Positions 32,692 to 43,017 of a DNA stretch of 64,000 bases are shown here, one piece after another. Source of the stretch: an uncultured delta proteobacterium (GTDB taxonomy: Bacteria; Myxococcota; Myxococcia; Myxococcales; Myxococcaceae). Where the stretch lies: NCBI GenBank assembly GCA_963776345.1, contig CAVZMH010000001.1, positions 173,416-237,415 of the forward strand, read 5' to 3'. Position 1 is the first letter of the stretch. Every line of letters starts with the position of its first letter. Position numbers and translations under genes: made by a program. A model generated the notes under the pieces. The model did not search any database. It saw nothing but the letters and a program-made list of their open reading frames with translations, and was not told where the DNA came from.

Positions 32692-33438
32692 GTGCCCCCG
32701 TTCGCCATTCCCCTGGCCATTGCGGGAGTCGTCATCGGAGTCCTGATCGGGAGCACCGGCGTGGGAGGCGTGCTGCTGGTTCCCCTCCTCATCTACGCGT
32801 TCGGATTCCCGGTTCAGGGGGCGGTGGCGGCCGCGCTGTGGAGCTACCTCTGGAGCGGCCTCCTGGCGATCGCGCTCTACTGGCGCCGCGGCTCGATTCC
32901 CGGGCGCCCCGCGGCATGGCTCTGCTGTGCCGCGGTGCCGGGCGCGTTTCTCGGGGCGCGAGCACTGGGAATCGTTCCGGGGGTCGTGGTCCAGGGGCTG
33001 ATCGCCGCGGTCCTGCTCCTGGGCGGCCTGTACACGGTGCGGCCACTGCACGGATCGAGCGAGCGGCGTCCACTGAACTGGGGCACCCTGGTCGGCCTCG
33101 GCGCAGTCACGGGCTTCGCCTCCGCGCTGCTCGGAGCCGGGGGAGCGTTCCTGCTCGTTCCTCTCCTGGTGGCGCTCGGGGAACCGGTGCTGCTGGCCGT
33201 CGGCCTGGGACAGGCGATCCAGGTGCCCATCTCGGCGGTCGCTTCGGCCGCGAACCTCGCGGCGGGTCGAATCGACTGGGTCGCTGGCTGGACGCTCGCC
33301 GCGGCGCTGGCCGCCGGAATCGCCATCGGCACGCCTCTCGCCCACGGGCTCTCCCAGCGCGCGCTGCGCTGGCTCGTCGCGGTGGCGATGCTGGTCGCGG
33401 GCGGGGTGACGCTGGGCCGGGTGATTCGGGTCCTCTGA
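32692..33438 (+). CDS. Sulfite exporter TauE/SafE-family membrane protein
   Basis: GSTGVGGVLLVP and duplicated LLGAGGAFLLVP motifs, about 8 TM segments. Confidence 0.85.
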   Translation: MPPFAIPLAIAGVVIGVLIGSTGVGGVLLVPLLIYAFGFPVQGAVAAALWSYLWSGLLAIALYWRRGSIPGRPAAWLCCAAVPGAFLGARALGIVPGVVVQGLIAAVLLLGGLYTVRPLHGSSERRPLNWGTLVGLGAVTGFASALLGAGGAFLLVPLLVALGEPVLLAVGLGQAIQVPISAVASAANLAAGRIDWVAGWTLAAALAAGIAIGTPLAHGLSQRALRWLVAVAMLVAGGVTLGRVIRVL

Positions 33439-33464
33439 GATTCGCCACCGCGCTCCGCAGTCGA

Positions 33465-33698
33465 TCAGACGGTGCCCGCCCGTTCCTTGCGAATGCTGGC
33501 CCGGGCGATGAACATCGCGAGCACCGCACCGAAGGCGGCGATGGCCAGGGCCAGTCCCGTGAAGAGCGTTCCGGAGGGGAGGACGGTCCGACCGATCAGT
33601 CCGCCCACCACGCCGCCGACCCCGCCCGCCGCGACCCCCCAGGCCAGGGTGAGTCCACGGATCTTCCACATCGCCGCGAACACTGCGCCGAGCACCAT
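33465..33698 (-). CDS. Small Gly-rich membrane protein or C-terminal gene remnant
   Basis: Hydrophobic GxxGG-rich helices; no convincing start. Confidence 0.35.
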   Translation of the reverse strand: MVLGAVFAAMWKIRGLTLAWGVAAGGVGGVVGGLIGRTVLPSGTLFTGLALAIAAFGAVLAMFIARASIRKERAGTV

Positions 33699-33727
33699 CC
33701 CGACGGGCCAGAGCTGTCCGCTCCCTG

Positions 33728-34792
33728 CTAGCCTCCGGACCCGCCAAGTGATGCCCCGTTGAGCACGAGCACGATCTTGCCTGTCACGCCTCCCTTCGCG
33801 AGCAACTCCTGCACGGTCTTGCCTCGGCAAGAGGAAATCGCTGCGCGATGAGCGGCTTGATCTTTTGCTGTTGAAGGAGCTCAAGCAGGGCGATCAAATC
33901 CTGTCGAAACAATTCTGGTTTCCGCCGTTTGAGCCACTGGATGCTGTAGGGGACCACCCGTTTGCGGCCCGGGAGAAGCCAGCCGCCGGCGATGTACAAC
34001 CCGAAGGTGGCGCTTCCACGAAAGCGTTGACGACGACCTGGACGATCTGAAGCCAATCCCTTCCCACGTATCGAGGAAATAAGGCCATAACCCACCACCA
34101 TCCCGCCAGGACGGAGAGCCTTGCGGGAATGCCAGAGGTGGGTGCCACCGATGGGGTCAAAGACGGCGTCCACGCCCTCTCTCGTGAGGCGGTGAATCTC
34201 TTTCACGAAGTCCTGGTGCTGGTAATCAATTGGGATACCGCCCAGATCGGAAACGGTCGACGCCCCTCGCGACGAACAGGTCCCGTACATCTCCAGCCCG
34301 GCGAGGCGCCCAAGCTGCAAGAGCGCCGTGCCGACCCCGCCTGCTGCGCCGTGGATCAGCACGCGCTGGCCCGATCTGACCTTCGCGGAACGATGCAGCA
34401 TCTGGTACGCCGTGATGTAGTTCAGCCCGAGGCTGACAGCCTCAGCGGCATCCAACCCAGGTGGCACCGGAACCAGTTCACGCTGCGGCAGGCAGAGCGA
34501 ACTCCGCGTACGCACCGCTGATCGGCAGCGCGGCAACCATCTGGCCTGGTTCGATTCCAGAGATGCCGGCGCCGAGACGATCCACCACACCAACCAGATC
34601 CACCCTGGCGTGAGGGCAGCCGAGGCGTTTCGGGATGAACGCCCTCGCGCGCCATGATGTCGGGCAAGGAGACACCGCGGCCAGTACTCTCACCCGCACC
34701 TCGCCACCCTTCGGCTCGGGGCACTCTTCTTCAACCGCCCGAAGTGCATCGGGCCCGCCGTAGTGAGTGACGATGATGCGCGTGTGTCTCAT
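33728..34792 (-). pseudogene. Medium-chain dehydrogenase/quinone oxidoreductase (MDR), multiply frameshifted
   Basis: YGGPDAL, NYITAYQML, LIHGAAGGVGTA, FPLAEA, GKIVL pieces in at least three frames; more AT-rich than flanks. Confidence 0.8.
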
Positions 34793-35014
34793 GGACCGCT
34801 TCCCGCGCTCGAGCTTTTGCGGCGTTACAGGGTCATCTTGCCGACTTCGGCCGCGCCGATTCCACCGTGTCCGGCACCAGTACGCCGGATGGAAGGCGAT
34901 GGCGGTCCGAGTCGCGAGGTCACCACCTCAATTGTAGGTGGCGCTGAAGACGAAGCCGCCCCCGAAGGTGGTCCAGGACGTTCCCGAGGCGATGCCCTGG
35001 CCCTCGCTGGTCGG

Positions 35015-35346
35015 CTCCGGAGCCTCGGCACGTCGAAGTAGGTGAGCTCGGGGTCGCAGCCCATCTCCCCGAGCAGCGCCCGGAGCAACCGTTTGCTCTC
35101 CGGATGATGGATGAACTGCGGCTTCACCCGGCCCAGGAGCTCGGCGAAGTCCTTGACCTCCATCTCGTGCTGCGCCGTCTCGGGATCACGACTGCCGAAG
35201 GCCTCGCGGAGGAGCCCCCGCGTGAACTCGACGAGCGCGTGCGCCGCCGGCCGCGGCGCGTAGACGAACAGCTCTCCATCGAACAGGCGGCGCCGACGCT
35301 CGTCGTCACCAATGCTCGAAGGATCGACGTGGATCGCGTGTGGCAC
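35015..35346 (-). pseudogene. N-terminal fragment of a hypothetical protein
   Basis: Coding-like DDERRRRLFDGELFVY…KPQFIHHP…TYFDVPRLR, then abrupt loss of coding character. Confidence 0.5.
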
Positions 35347-35550
35347 TCGGGAAGTCCCCCCGACGAAAAGGATACGAGGAGTTGACCGCGAGATGCGACT
35401 CCGTGGGCAACAGAACATCTGTGCCCGCGGTCGGTCCCCTCCCCTCACAAGATCGAGCTTGGCAAGGGAGTCCGACCTCGTACCGCCGGTGCGCCAGGAC
35501 GCGAGAGTGGGTCCGCGCTGACGGCGCGCCTCGAGCCCAGGCTGACGGCC

Positions 35551-36469
35551 TCACCGGCGGCGGGGCCAGGGCACCAGGGCAGAGGTCGACTTCATCTGCA
35601 CCGCCCACCCGGGGTGGCGGGAGAGCATGCGCCGATCCATCCAGGGGAGGCTGACGAGGATGAAGAGCAGCGTGATGGAGGCGGGGCCGACGGCCGTCCA
35701 GGCCCAGCGAGGTTCGGCGGCGAGACCCGAAGAGCCACAGGCCCCACCAGAAGCTGACCTCGCCGAAGTAGTTCGGGTGGCGGGAGAGCCGCCAGAGCCC
35801 CTCGTCGAGCACCGCCGACGGGTCGCGGCGGGTGCGGACGAAGCGGCGCAGCTGGAGGTCGGAGAGGGCCTCGATGGCGATGGCCCCCGCGGTCACACCC
35901 AGCGCGACCAGGTCCAGCGAGCCGAGGGGCCGCCCTCGGCCCGAGAGGGCCGGCCAGGTGGGCAGCAGGCCCAGGAAGACCCAGGCGGTGGGCATGAGGT
36001 GGATGGAGACCAGGCTCGCTGGCCAGTAGAGCCGCCCGGTCTTGCCGCGGATCTCCGCGTAGCGGAAGTCCTCGTCCCCGAGCCCTTGCCAGCGGGCCAC
36101 CCAGTTCGCGGTGAGCCGGACGCCCCAGGCCGCGACGAGGACCAGCACGAGGGCGGCGCGGACGTCGAGGGCGGAGGGCGCGGTGGTGGCCCAGTAGGCC
36201 GCGATGGGAAGGGGCGCCACGCTCCAGTACGGGTCGTAGAGGCTCGAGTTGTCGTGCCGGACGCTGAAGCCGAAGACGACCAGGGTGGCGACGACGTCGG
36301 CGAGCGCGGCGACGAGGATGGGGCTGCGGCCGCGCAGGGCCCAGCCGGTGAAGAGGGCGACGGCCAGGGCCGCCGCGTAGGCGACGCTCACCGCAGCGAG
36401 CGCCCGGCGGCGGCCGGCCGAGATCCAGCTACCAGCCAGGGGAGGTTCCAGCGTCGCGGGGCCCTGCAT
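35551..36469 (-). CDS. DUF1295 / steroid 5-alpha-reductase-like membrane protein (apparent frameshift near 35725)
   Basis: NSSLYDPYWS, EDFRY, GLWRLSRHPNYFGE. Confidence 0.85.
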
Positions 36470-37150
36470 CCGGCGGCACCGGGAGCGGGGCGTTCTTCCG
36501 CCGGTAGGTGAGCGTGTAGTCGACGGGGTGGGGAAGGTGCTTGCTGGTGATGATCATCTGGACACGGAGCGTCTGGCCGTCCGGCAGGAGCGTCCAGATC
36601 ACCTGGCGCGCCCCATCCTCCCCGCGGAAGTTCTGGACGAGCGTCCCCCCGACGAAGCGCTGGCTGAGCTTGCTCTCGTCGCCGAGCTTCGTCCGGTGGT
36701 CCGCCTCCCGGCCATCGTCCGGGCTGACGTCCGTCAGCTGGCACGGTCCGGCGACGGAGATGTTCCCGCTGCCGAATCCGAGCGAGTAGCTGGAGCAGAT
36801 CTCGCAGGTCCGGATGAGCCGGTCATAGGCGATGCCCCGTGAGATGAAGAACATCCCGTCCACCGACCGCTCGACCGCCGCCGGGACCAGCGCCCGCTCC
36901 GCGGCGCCTCCGACGAAACGGTACTCGCCGGCATAGCGTTGCCGGAGCTCGTCGATGGCTGGACCGTCGTCTGCGGCCGAGTCCGGGGCGTGGAGCGCGC
37001 CCAGGGCGGCGACGACCAGCGCCAGCCAGCGAAGCCGCGCGGTCCGTTCACCGGCGCCGGCAGGTGAGGATGAAGTCGATCGGTGCCAAGAGCTGGCGAC
37101 TCTCGATCACCCGGCGCAGGAGGCCTCTTCTGTGCGGCGGGCGTGCTCAC
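36429..37150 (-). CDS. Hypothetical secreted protein; start uncertain (about 37050-37150, possible frameshift)
   Basis: Frame open upstream of ORF 36863 through hydrophobic RWLALVVAALGAL; ends …PVDYTLTYRR. Confidence 0.55.
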
Positions 37151-37212
37151 GCGTCGGAGGGTAGAGCAGTGCCGGGCCCGTCGTCAGGCCTGGTGAGTCT
37201 CGAGGCTCGGAC
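37141..37212. repeat. Dispersed repeat, copy 1
   Basis: GTGCTCAC…TCGGAGGGTAGAGCAGTGCCGGGCCCGTCGTCAGGC…AGTCTCGAGGCTCGGAC; matches copies at 46270 and 46851. Confidence 0.75.
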
Positions 37213-37384
37213 GGCACTCACCAGGCCAGCCGGACCGAGCGAGGATTGGCCGTGGCTCTCGTCGTCAGGTCGTCGTCGGGGCCTGAGGCGCGCCCCCTCG
37301 AGTCAGTGCGAGCCGGGGTGTAATGAAGTCCGCAGCCGGAGCCGGCGCGGCGCTAGAGTGCCCCAAAACCGGAAGGAGTCATTC

Positions 37385-37597
37385 ATGGCGGCGCGCAAGA
37401 AGCTGACCTCTCGCAAGAAGCTGACCTCCAAGGTCCAGAAAGATGTCGAGAACATCGGGCGAACCCTGCAGCGCCTCGGGAAGAAGCTTCTCGGCGACGC
37501 CAGGGCCGTGGCGTTCGATGCGACCGAGCGCACACTGTCCGCAGCGCAGAAGAAGCTGCAGAAGGTGCGAGCGCAGCTCAGGAAGCCCACTGCCTAG
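37385..37597 (+). CDS. Small Lys/Arg-rich helical protein
   Basis: AAGGAG RBS; MAARKKLTSRKKLTSKVQKD…. Confidence 0.65.
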   Translation: MAARKKLTSRKKLTSKVQKDVENIGRTLQRLGKKLLGDARAVAFDATERTLSAAQKKLQKVRAQLRKPTA

Positions 37598-37852
37598 CGG
37601 CCACGCCCACCCGGGGGGGCACCCTCACGGCTTCGCACGCGCCTGTCTAGTGGGTCCCATGCTGGCGGACGTATGAGCCAGGCCTTCTTCGCTCGGCCCG
37701 CGGGGGTGAGCGCAGATTCAGCGCAAGCGGCTTCGCCGGCTGAGCCTCGAGCGTCTCGCGAGGCCGGCAGAGCGAAAGACACACCTCGAGGCTCTGCTGA
37801 TGTATAGCGAGTTCCTCATCGATCCTCGGTCGCCCTGCTGCGGAGCCCGACA

Positions 37853-38236
37853 ATGAACGCAGCCCACAGGAAGACCCTCGAGGAAGAATTCGCGCTGGCA
37901 AATCTCTTGATGCGGCAGCGGAGAGACGAGGAAGCATTTGCTCACCTCGAGCGCGCGCACGTCCTCGGTCAGGAGTATGTCCGTCCACATCTCCGCTCCC
38001 ACTGGCTCATGCTCAAGATCGCGGCTCGTCGTCGAGATCCCGTCGCCGTCTTCGGCCAAGGTCTCCGCATCGTGCTCGGTGGACTCGGATCCGCGATCGG
38101 AAGGGTGCCCACCGGGAACACGGGCGGCACCGAGATCAGCATGTTCAAGCGGATGCCGATTGCGCCAGACCTCCTGGACGTCATGCAGGACCGGGGCTCC
38201 ACGAGGGCCGGCGAGCCTGGCCGGCCCGGGCTCTAG
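37853..38236 (+). CDS. DUF3703-domain protein
   Basis: AFAHLERAHVLGQ…H.RSHWLML…GQ.LR…PTGNTGG…F..MP. Confidence 0.85.
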   Translation: MNAAHRKTLEEEFALANLLMRQRRDEEAFAHLERAHVLGQEYVRPHLRSHWLMLKIAARRRDPVAVFGQGLRIVLGGLGSAIGRVPTGNTGGTEISMFKRMPIAPDLLDVMQDRGSTRAGEPGRPGL

Positions 38237-38239
38237 CGA

Positions 38240-38692
38240 ATGGCCTACTTGATAGGGATATGTCTGGCTTTGGGCGTCTCGGTCCTCGCCGCACTCGTCG
38301 GATTTGATCGTGATCGGGCCTTCTATCCCGTGGTCATGATCGTCATTGCCTCCTACTACGGCCTCTTCGCGATCATGGGTGGCTCGGCCCGGGCGCTGGG
38401 AATCGAGTCCTTGTTCATGGCGGGATTCGTAGTCCTCTCGATCGCCGGGTTTCGAATCAACCTCTGGCTCGTTGCCGCTGCCCTGGCGACGCACGGCATC
38501 CTGGATTTCTTCCACGCTCACCTGGTGGCGAATCCAGGTGTGCCCCCGTGGTGGCCATCGTTTTGCCTGACCTTCGACGTCACCGCGGCAGGGTATCTGG
38601 CTTGGCTCTTGAGCCGTTCCGGAGTTGCTGCCCGGCCTCCCACGTCGTTGGCCCATCAAGCACGAGCGGGAGGCTACCGGACGCAGGTGTAA
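38240..38692 (+). CDS. Hypothetical membrane protein
   Basis: FYPVVMIVIASYY…HGILDFFH…PPWWPSFCL.FD, about 5 TM segments. Confidence 0.75.
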   Translation: MAYLIGICLALGVSVLAALVGFDRDRAFYPVVMIVIASYYGLFAIMGGSARALGIESLFMAGFVVLSIAGFRINLWLVAAALATHGILDFFHAHLVANPGVPPWWPSFCLTFDVTAAGYLAWLLSRSGVAARPPTSLAHQARAGGYRTQV

Positions 38693-38740
38693 GGCGCGGG
38701 ATGGGCTCGGGTCCCACCGAGCATGGTCTGGGTGCGACTT

Positions 38741-38989
38741 CTAACGTCCTGCGGCGAAACGCTCGAGAGCCTCGGTTTGAGACGGGTGCTCCGGGAAACG
38801 CATTCGCGCGTACTCAGGGATGTACTCTTCGCGAACGTGCGAGATTGCTTGCGCCGGTGAGAGCCCAGGATCCTGGCGAAGAAGCCACGCGGCCAGGACT
38901 GTGCCGGTACGGCCAATGCCAGCGAAGCAATGAACCGCGAGGAGCGGGCGGATCGAGGCGTCCCTCGCCGCGCGGTGAGCAGGTGCCAC
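38741..38989 (-). pseudogene. C-terminal fragment of a protein-tyrosine/dual-specificity phosphatase
   Basis: VHCFAGIGRTG P-loop and AI..VR…Q, but only 82 aa. Confidence 0.6.
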
Positions 38990-38992
38990 GCC

Positions 38993-39610
38993 TCAGCTCG
39001 AAAGGACGATGAGCGCGGCGAGGCAGGCGTCCTTCTGGTCCTTGCTCCACGGCGGACCCGCCTCGCGGCCGGTGTGGGCCAGCAGCTCGCCCAGGCGCGA
39101 GTCGGAGATCCCGAGCCTTCGGGCTGCGCGCGCGACGAGCTCCTTCGACGCGACCTCGGTGACCGGCAAGCCCAGGGCCTCGCTCGCGGCCCGGACGGCG
39201 CCGCGGAAGAGTGCGCCCTCGGCGGAGTGCAAGAGCGAGTGGTTGCGGAGGATCGCCTCGAGCGGCACGGCCGGCTGTGCCTTCGCCCCGACGATCACGC
39301 CGGCGACCAGCTCGTGACCGCCAGACTGGAGCTGGTCGACGGCTGCCTCGATCGCTTTGCTCGCGTTTCGCCGGGCCCGCGCCGAGGCCTCCTGAACCCG
39401 GGCCCCGGCCTCTCCGAGCGAGAGCTCACGTGCGGCGTGATAGACGAAGCGCGGCCGCTCCCGATCGGTCGCCGGGATCATCTCGATCCGGCGCCGGTCC
39501 AGGAGCGTGATCTCACTCGACCCCTTCAGCGACACCGCGACCAGCGCGGCCCAGCCGGTGTGAACCGAGAAGCCCAGCGCTGCCCGACCGCTTGTTCGCG
39601 GTGCCCGCAC
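38993..39610 (-). CDS. Hypothetical protein (N-terminus resembles an RNase-H-like/ASKHA strand: ALGFSVHTGWAALV)
   Basis: Clean ORF, ends GPPW..DQK.A.LAA. Confidence 0.7.
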   Translation of the reverse strand: MRAPRTSGRAALGFSVHTGWAALVAVSLKGSSEITLLDRRRIEMIPATDRERPRFVYHAARELSLGEAGARVQEASARARRNASKAIEAAVDQLQSGGHELVAGVIVGAKAQPAVPLEAILRNHSLLHSAEGALFRGAVRAASEALGLPVTEVASKELVARAARRLGISDSRLGELLAHTGREAGPPWSKDQKDACLAALIVLSS

Positions 39611-39756
39611 GCAACGGAGCCTAGACGGGTCCGGCCCCTCATGCCGATCTGCCGCGCCGCTGGGAACAGCGCGTCGCCTCGGCGGGCACGGTGCTCAGTG
39701 CGTCGAGCCGACGAACCAGATCTCACTCACCGGCGTGACCCGCATCGTCCGCTGCA

Positions 39757-42700
39757 CTACATCGAATCGGATCTTGCCTTCGCCGGAAGCGTCTTCACCA
39801 TCGGTGAAAGGTCCGGCCCCACCCAAGGCCAGGCCGTCCCGCTCGGCCACCACGCAGGCGCACCTGACAAATAGAGCGAAGATGGGATCGTGACCACCGT
39901 GCTCCCGTCCCATTGGGTCGAGTTGTGGAAGTAGTCGTAGTTGCCGGTGCGGAACAGACTCGTCGCCGCGATGTCGTTCTGTCCCCCGCCGCCGTTGCCA
40001 AGCTCGTAGATCGCGCCAGGCGAGCCGTTTGAGAAGTGGTCGTACTGCTGAGTGATTCCGGCCGCCCCGAGCACATTGCCGACGACGTTCATGCCGACCG
40101 CACCTGCCTCCAGGTCGAGCGCGGTGATGTTTCCAGTGCGGGCCAGGTTGGTGTCGGCGACCGAGGGGTCAGCGAAGTGGGTGGAGGAATAGTTGCGAAA
40201 AAAGGTGAAGTAGCCCGCATTGCCGTGCGTCGAGGTCGCCCCCATGTGCGGAGCAAGATTTCCCTCCATCAACTCCATGTGACTGAAGGAACAATGACTG
40301 TCGATGTTCACTTCCTGCCAGGTGCCGTCGGCCCAAGAATTGTCGGCGTAGTTGTAGCCGATGACGTTTCCGCCACCACTGATCTGAAACATGATCGGCT
40401 TGTTCATGTAGCGAACGATGTTGTTCTCGACCAGCGTCTCGGCAACACCACAGCCCAAGACGATTCCGTAGCAATCGTGCGCAAAACCGTAGCTGGCCGA
40501 ATGATGAAAATAGGAGTCACGAACGACGCAGCGATAGGTGCCACCCAGCCGCACGTGCATTCCGTCATTGGTCGCGTCAGTCTGAACGTCTTTGACCCAG
40601 CAATATGCGGCATTCGAGATGTCGATTCCGCCGGCTGACTGGCCCAAGTACGAACCTCTGGTGCCGCCCTGGAGGTGGAGATGCTCGATACCGGCCCATT
40701 TGACGGTGGGCGCGCTCGTAACTCGAACCACTTCGGCTTTGGTCGATCCGCCGGCCTGGAACGTCCAATGGAGCGGAGAACCAAGCGTGAGCGTCCCTGA
40801 ACCTGCGTTGACCGCTACGACCTCATCGACCTGGCTGAGCGAGCGCCAACCGTCTCCGTTGTTCCGCTTGAGGTTGTTGTAAGAGCAATCGCCAAGGACA
40901 ACCGGGCTGACGTCAATCTGGTCGACAAGAACCAGGTCGCCAACGGCAAAGTTCGACGCCGCACTCCCGATCGTGAGTGTGTTCGTCTCTTTTGCCCCAT
41001 CGGCGGTGAGCGCCACGCCTTGCCCGTTGCCCGCTGCACAGATTCGGTCACGTTGTGTTCCAATTGCCATCACCGTGCCACCGTTGCTCTTCACAATCGT
41101 CGTGCCGCCGGTGCCAGAACCGGCGCCGCGCAGCACCACGTTGCTCTTGAGCTGAATCGTGGAGGTGATGGTAAAGGTGCCCGCGCCCAGCTGCACAACT
41201 TGGTTTGCTGGACACCCGTTGATTGCGGCTTGAATGTTGCCCCCCGGGTTGACGGTTGCACAGACCGTCGTTCGCTGCGGAAGCCCGTCGGTTCCCAGCG
41301 CCAGCCCGAGCGGCTGGTCGGCAAGAATTCCTGGGCTCCACGTCGTGCGGCGGTTGGCCGGGATGATGCTCACTGTGGCGACGCTGATGGTGGCGGTCGC
41401 CTTCTTCGAGGTGTCGGCGACGCTGGTCGCCACCACATGGTAGGTCCCGGCGGTTGCGGGGGCAGTGTAATGACCACTGGCGTCGACGCTACCGCCGCCA
41501 GCGCCTTCCTGGACCGACCACGTCACTGCGGTCGACTGTGCACCGGTCGTTCCAGTGACCGTCGCGGTGAAGGTGGCGGTGCTGCTCGGGGCGACGGTTG
41601 CGGACGAAGGCGAGATGGTCACCGATATGACGGGTGGCGGAGTCACGGTGACGGTCGCCGTTGCCTTCTTCGAGGCATCGGCAACGCTGGTCGCGACCAC
41701 GTGGTAGATGCCCGCTGTATTGGGAGCGGTGTAGTGACCAGAAGCATCGACGGTGCCTCCGCTGGCTCCCTCCTGGACTGACCAGGTGACGGCGGTGGAC
41801 TGGCCGGCGGTGGTTCCAGTGACGGTGGCGGAGAAGGTCACCGTTCCGCCGACGGTCGTGGATGCGGTGGGGGGACTGAGGGAGACGGCGATGTTCGGAG
41901 TCACCGTGACGGTGGCGGTGGCCTTCTTGGAGGTGTCGGCCACGCTGGTGGCCACCACATGGAAGGTCCCTGGCGTCCCCGGGGCGGTGTACTGACCGGA
42001 GCTGTTCACCGTGCCCCCTCCGGACTCCTGGACCGACCAGGTGACGGCGGTGGACTGGCCGGCGGTGGTTCCAGTGACGGTGGCGGTGAAGGTTGCCGTC
42101 CCTCCCACCCGGATGGTGGCCGTGCCGGGGGACACCGAAACCGCCACCACCGGCGTGGCGGTCACCGAGATGGTGGCCGTCGCGGTCTTCGACGGATCGG
42201 CCACGCTGGTGGCAAGGACATGGAACGTCCCCGTCGTGCTGGGAGCCAGGTAGTGGCCGGAGGAGTCAATGGTTCCCCCGCCACCTTCCTGGACCGACCA
42301 GGTGACCGCAGTGGATTGGCCGGCGGTGGTCCCGGTGACCGTGGCGGTGAAGGTCAGGGAGCCACCGGTCGTGGTGGAGGCATTGGACGGAACGATGTTG
42401 ACCGCGATGACCGGGGCGGCTCCCACCACCACGCTGGCTGTGTCGGCCCGCGAGGGATCGGCCACGCTGGTGGCAACCACGTGGAAGGTGCCGGTCGCTC
42501 CCGGGGCGACGTAGGTCCCCGACCCATCGATGGTCCCGCCCCCTTGCTCCTCGACCGACCAGGTCACTGCCGTGGAATCGCCGGGGTTGGTCCCGGTGAC
42601 GGTGGCGGTGAACGAGGACGACGCCCCGACGATGACGTTCGCACTCTTCGGACTGACCGAGACCACGACCGAGGACTGGACCGTCACCGAGGCCCTGGCC

Positions 42701-43017
42701 CGCTTGGTCGGGTCAGCCTTGCTGGCCGCCACCACGTGGAAGGTCCCGCTCGACTGGGGAGCGGTGTACCGGCCGGAGGAGTCGACAGCCCCACCGTCCG
42801 GCTCCTCGACGGACCAGCTGAAGCCTGCCGCCTGGATGGAACTATCCCCGGAGATGGAGGCCTGGAACTGCACCTCCCCTCCCCGAGAGGTGGTGGCCGT
42901 TGGCGGAACGACGGAGACGTCGGAGGTGACTGACCCGACTTGCCCGACTTCTCCACTACATCCCTGGGCCAGAACTGCCGTGAGGGTCAGGACGAGGAGG
43001 CTGATCGGGAGGCGCAC
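39757..43017 (-). CDS. Large lipoprotein: six Ig-like (Big-type) repeats plus a C-terminal right-handed beta-helix (pectin-lyase-like) domain
   Basis: Lipobox LAQGC; six ~86-aa repeats (FTATVTG…VTWSV…G.Y.AP..GT.HVVATSVAD); IQAAIN.C…VV.L.AGTF.I…VVLRG.G followed by Asn-ladder repeats. Confidence 0.85.
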   Translation of the reverse strand: MRLPISLLVLTLTAVLAQGCSGEVGQVGSVTSDVSVVPPTATTSRGGEVQFQASISGDSSIQAAGFSWSVEEPDGGAVDSSGRYTAPQSSGTFHVVAASKADPTKRARASVTVQSSVVVSVSPKSANVIVGASSSFTATVTGTNPGDSTAVTWSVEEQGGGTIDGSGTYVAPGATGTFHVVATSVADPSRADTASVVVGAAPVIAVNIVPSNASTTTGGSLTFTATVTGTTAGQSTAVTWSVQEGGGGTIDSSGHYLAPSTTGTFHVLATSVADPSKTATATISVTATPVVAVSVSPGTATIRVGGTATFTATVTGTTAGQSTAVTWSVQESGGGTVNSSGQYTAPGTPGTFHVVATSVADTSKKATATVTVTPNIAVSLSPPTASTTVGGTVTFSATVTGTTAGQSTAVTWSVQEGASGGTVDASGHYTAPNTAGIYHVVATSVADASKKATATVTVTPPPVISVTISPSSATVAPSSTATFTATVTGTTGAQSTAVTWSVQEGAGGGSVDASGHYTAPATAGTYHVVATSVADTSKKATATISVATVSIIPANRRTTWSPGILADQPLGLALGTDGLPQRTTVCATVNPGGNIQAAINGCPANQVVQLGAGTFTITSTIQLKSNVVLRGAGSGTGGTTIVKSNGGTVMAIGTQRDRICAAGNGQGVALTADGAKETNTLTIGSAASNFAVGDLVLVDQIDVSPVVLGDCSYNNLKRNNGDGWRSLSQVDEVVAVNAGSGTLTLGSPLHWTFQAGGSTKAEVVRVTSAPTVKWAGIEHLHLQGGTRGSYLGQSAGGIDISNAAYCWVKDVQTDATNDGMHVRLGGTYRCVVRDSYFHHSASYGFAHDCYGIVLGCGVAETLVENNIVRYMNKPIMFQISGGGNVIGYNYADNSWADGTWQEVNIDSHCSFSHMELMEGNLAPHMGATSTHGNAGYFTFFRNYSSTHFADPSVADTNLARTGNITALDLEAGAVGMNVVGNVLGAAGITQQYDHFSNGSPGAIYELGNGGGGQNDIAATSLFRTGNYDYFHNSTQWDGSTVVTIPSSLYLSGAPAWWPSGTAWPWVGPDLSPMVKTLPAKARSDSM
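41377..42918 (-). repeat. Intragenic tandem repeats (~260 bp x6) encoding Ig-like domains
   Basis: GACCAGGTGAC-like motif recurs near 41516, 41780, 42036, 42297, 42557 and 42812. Confidence 0.85.
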
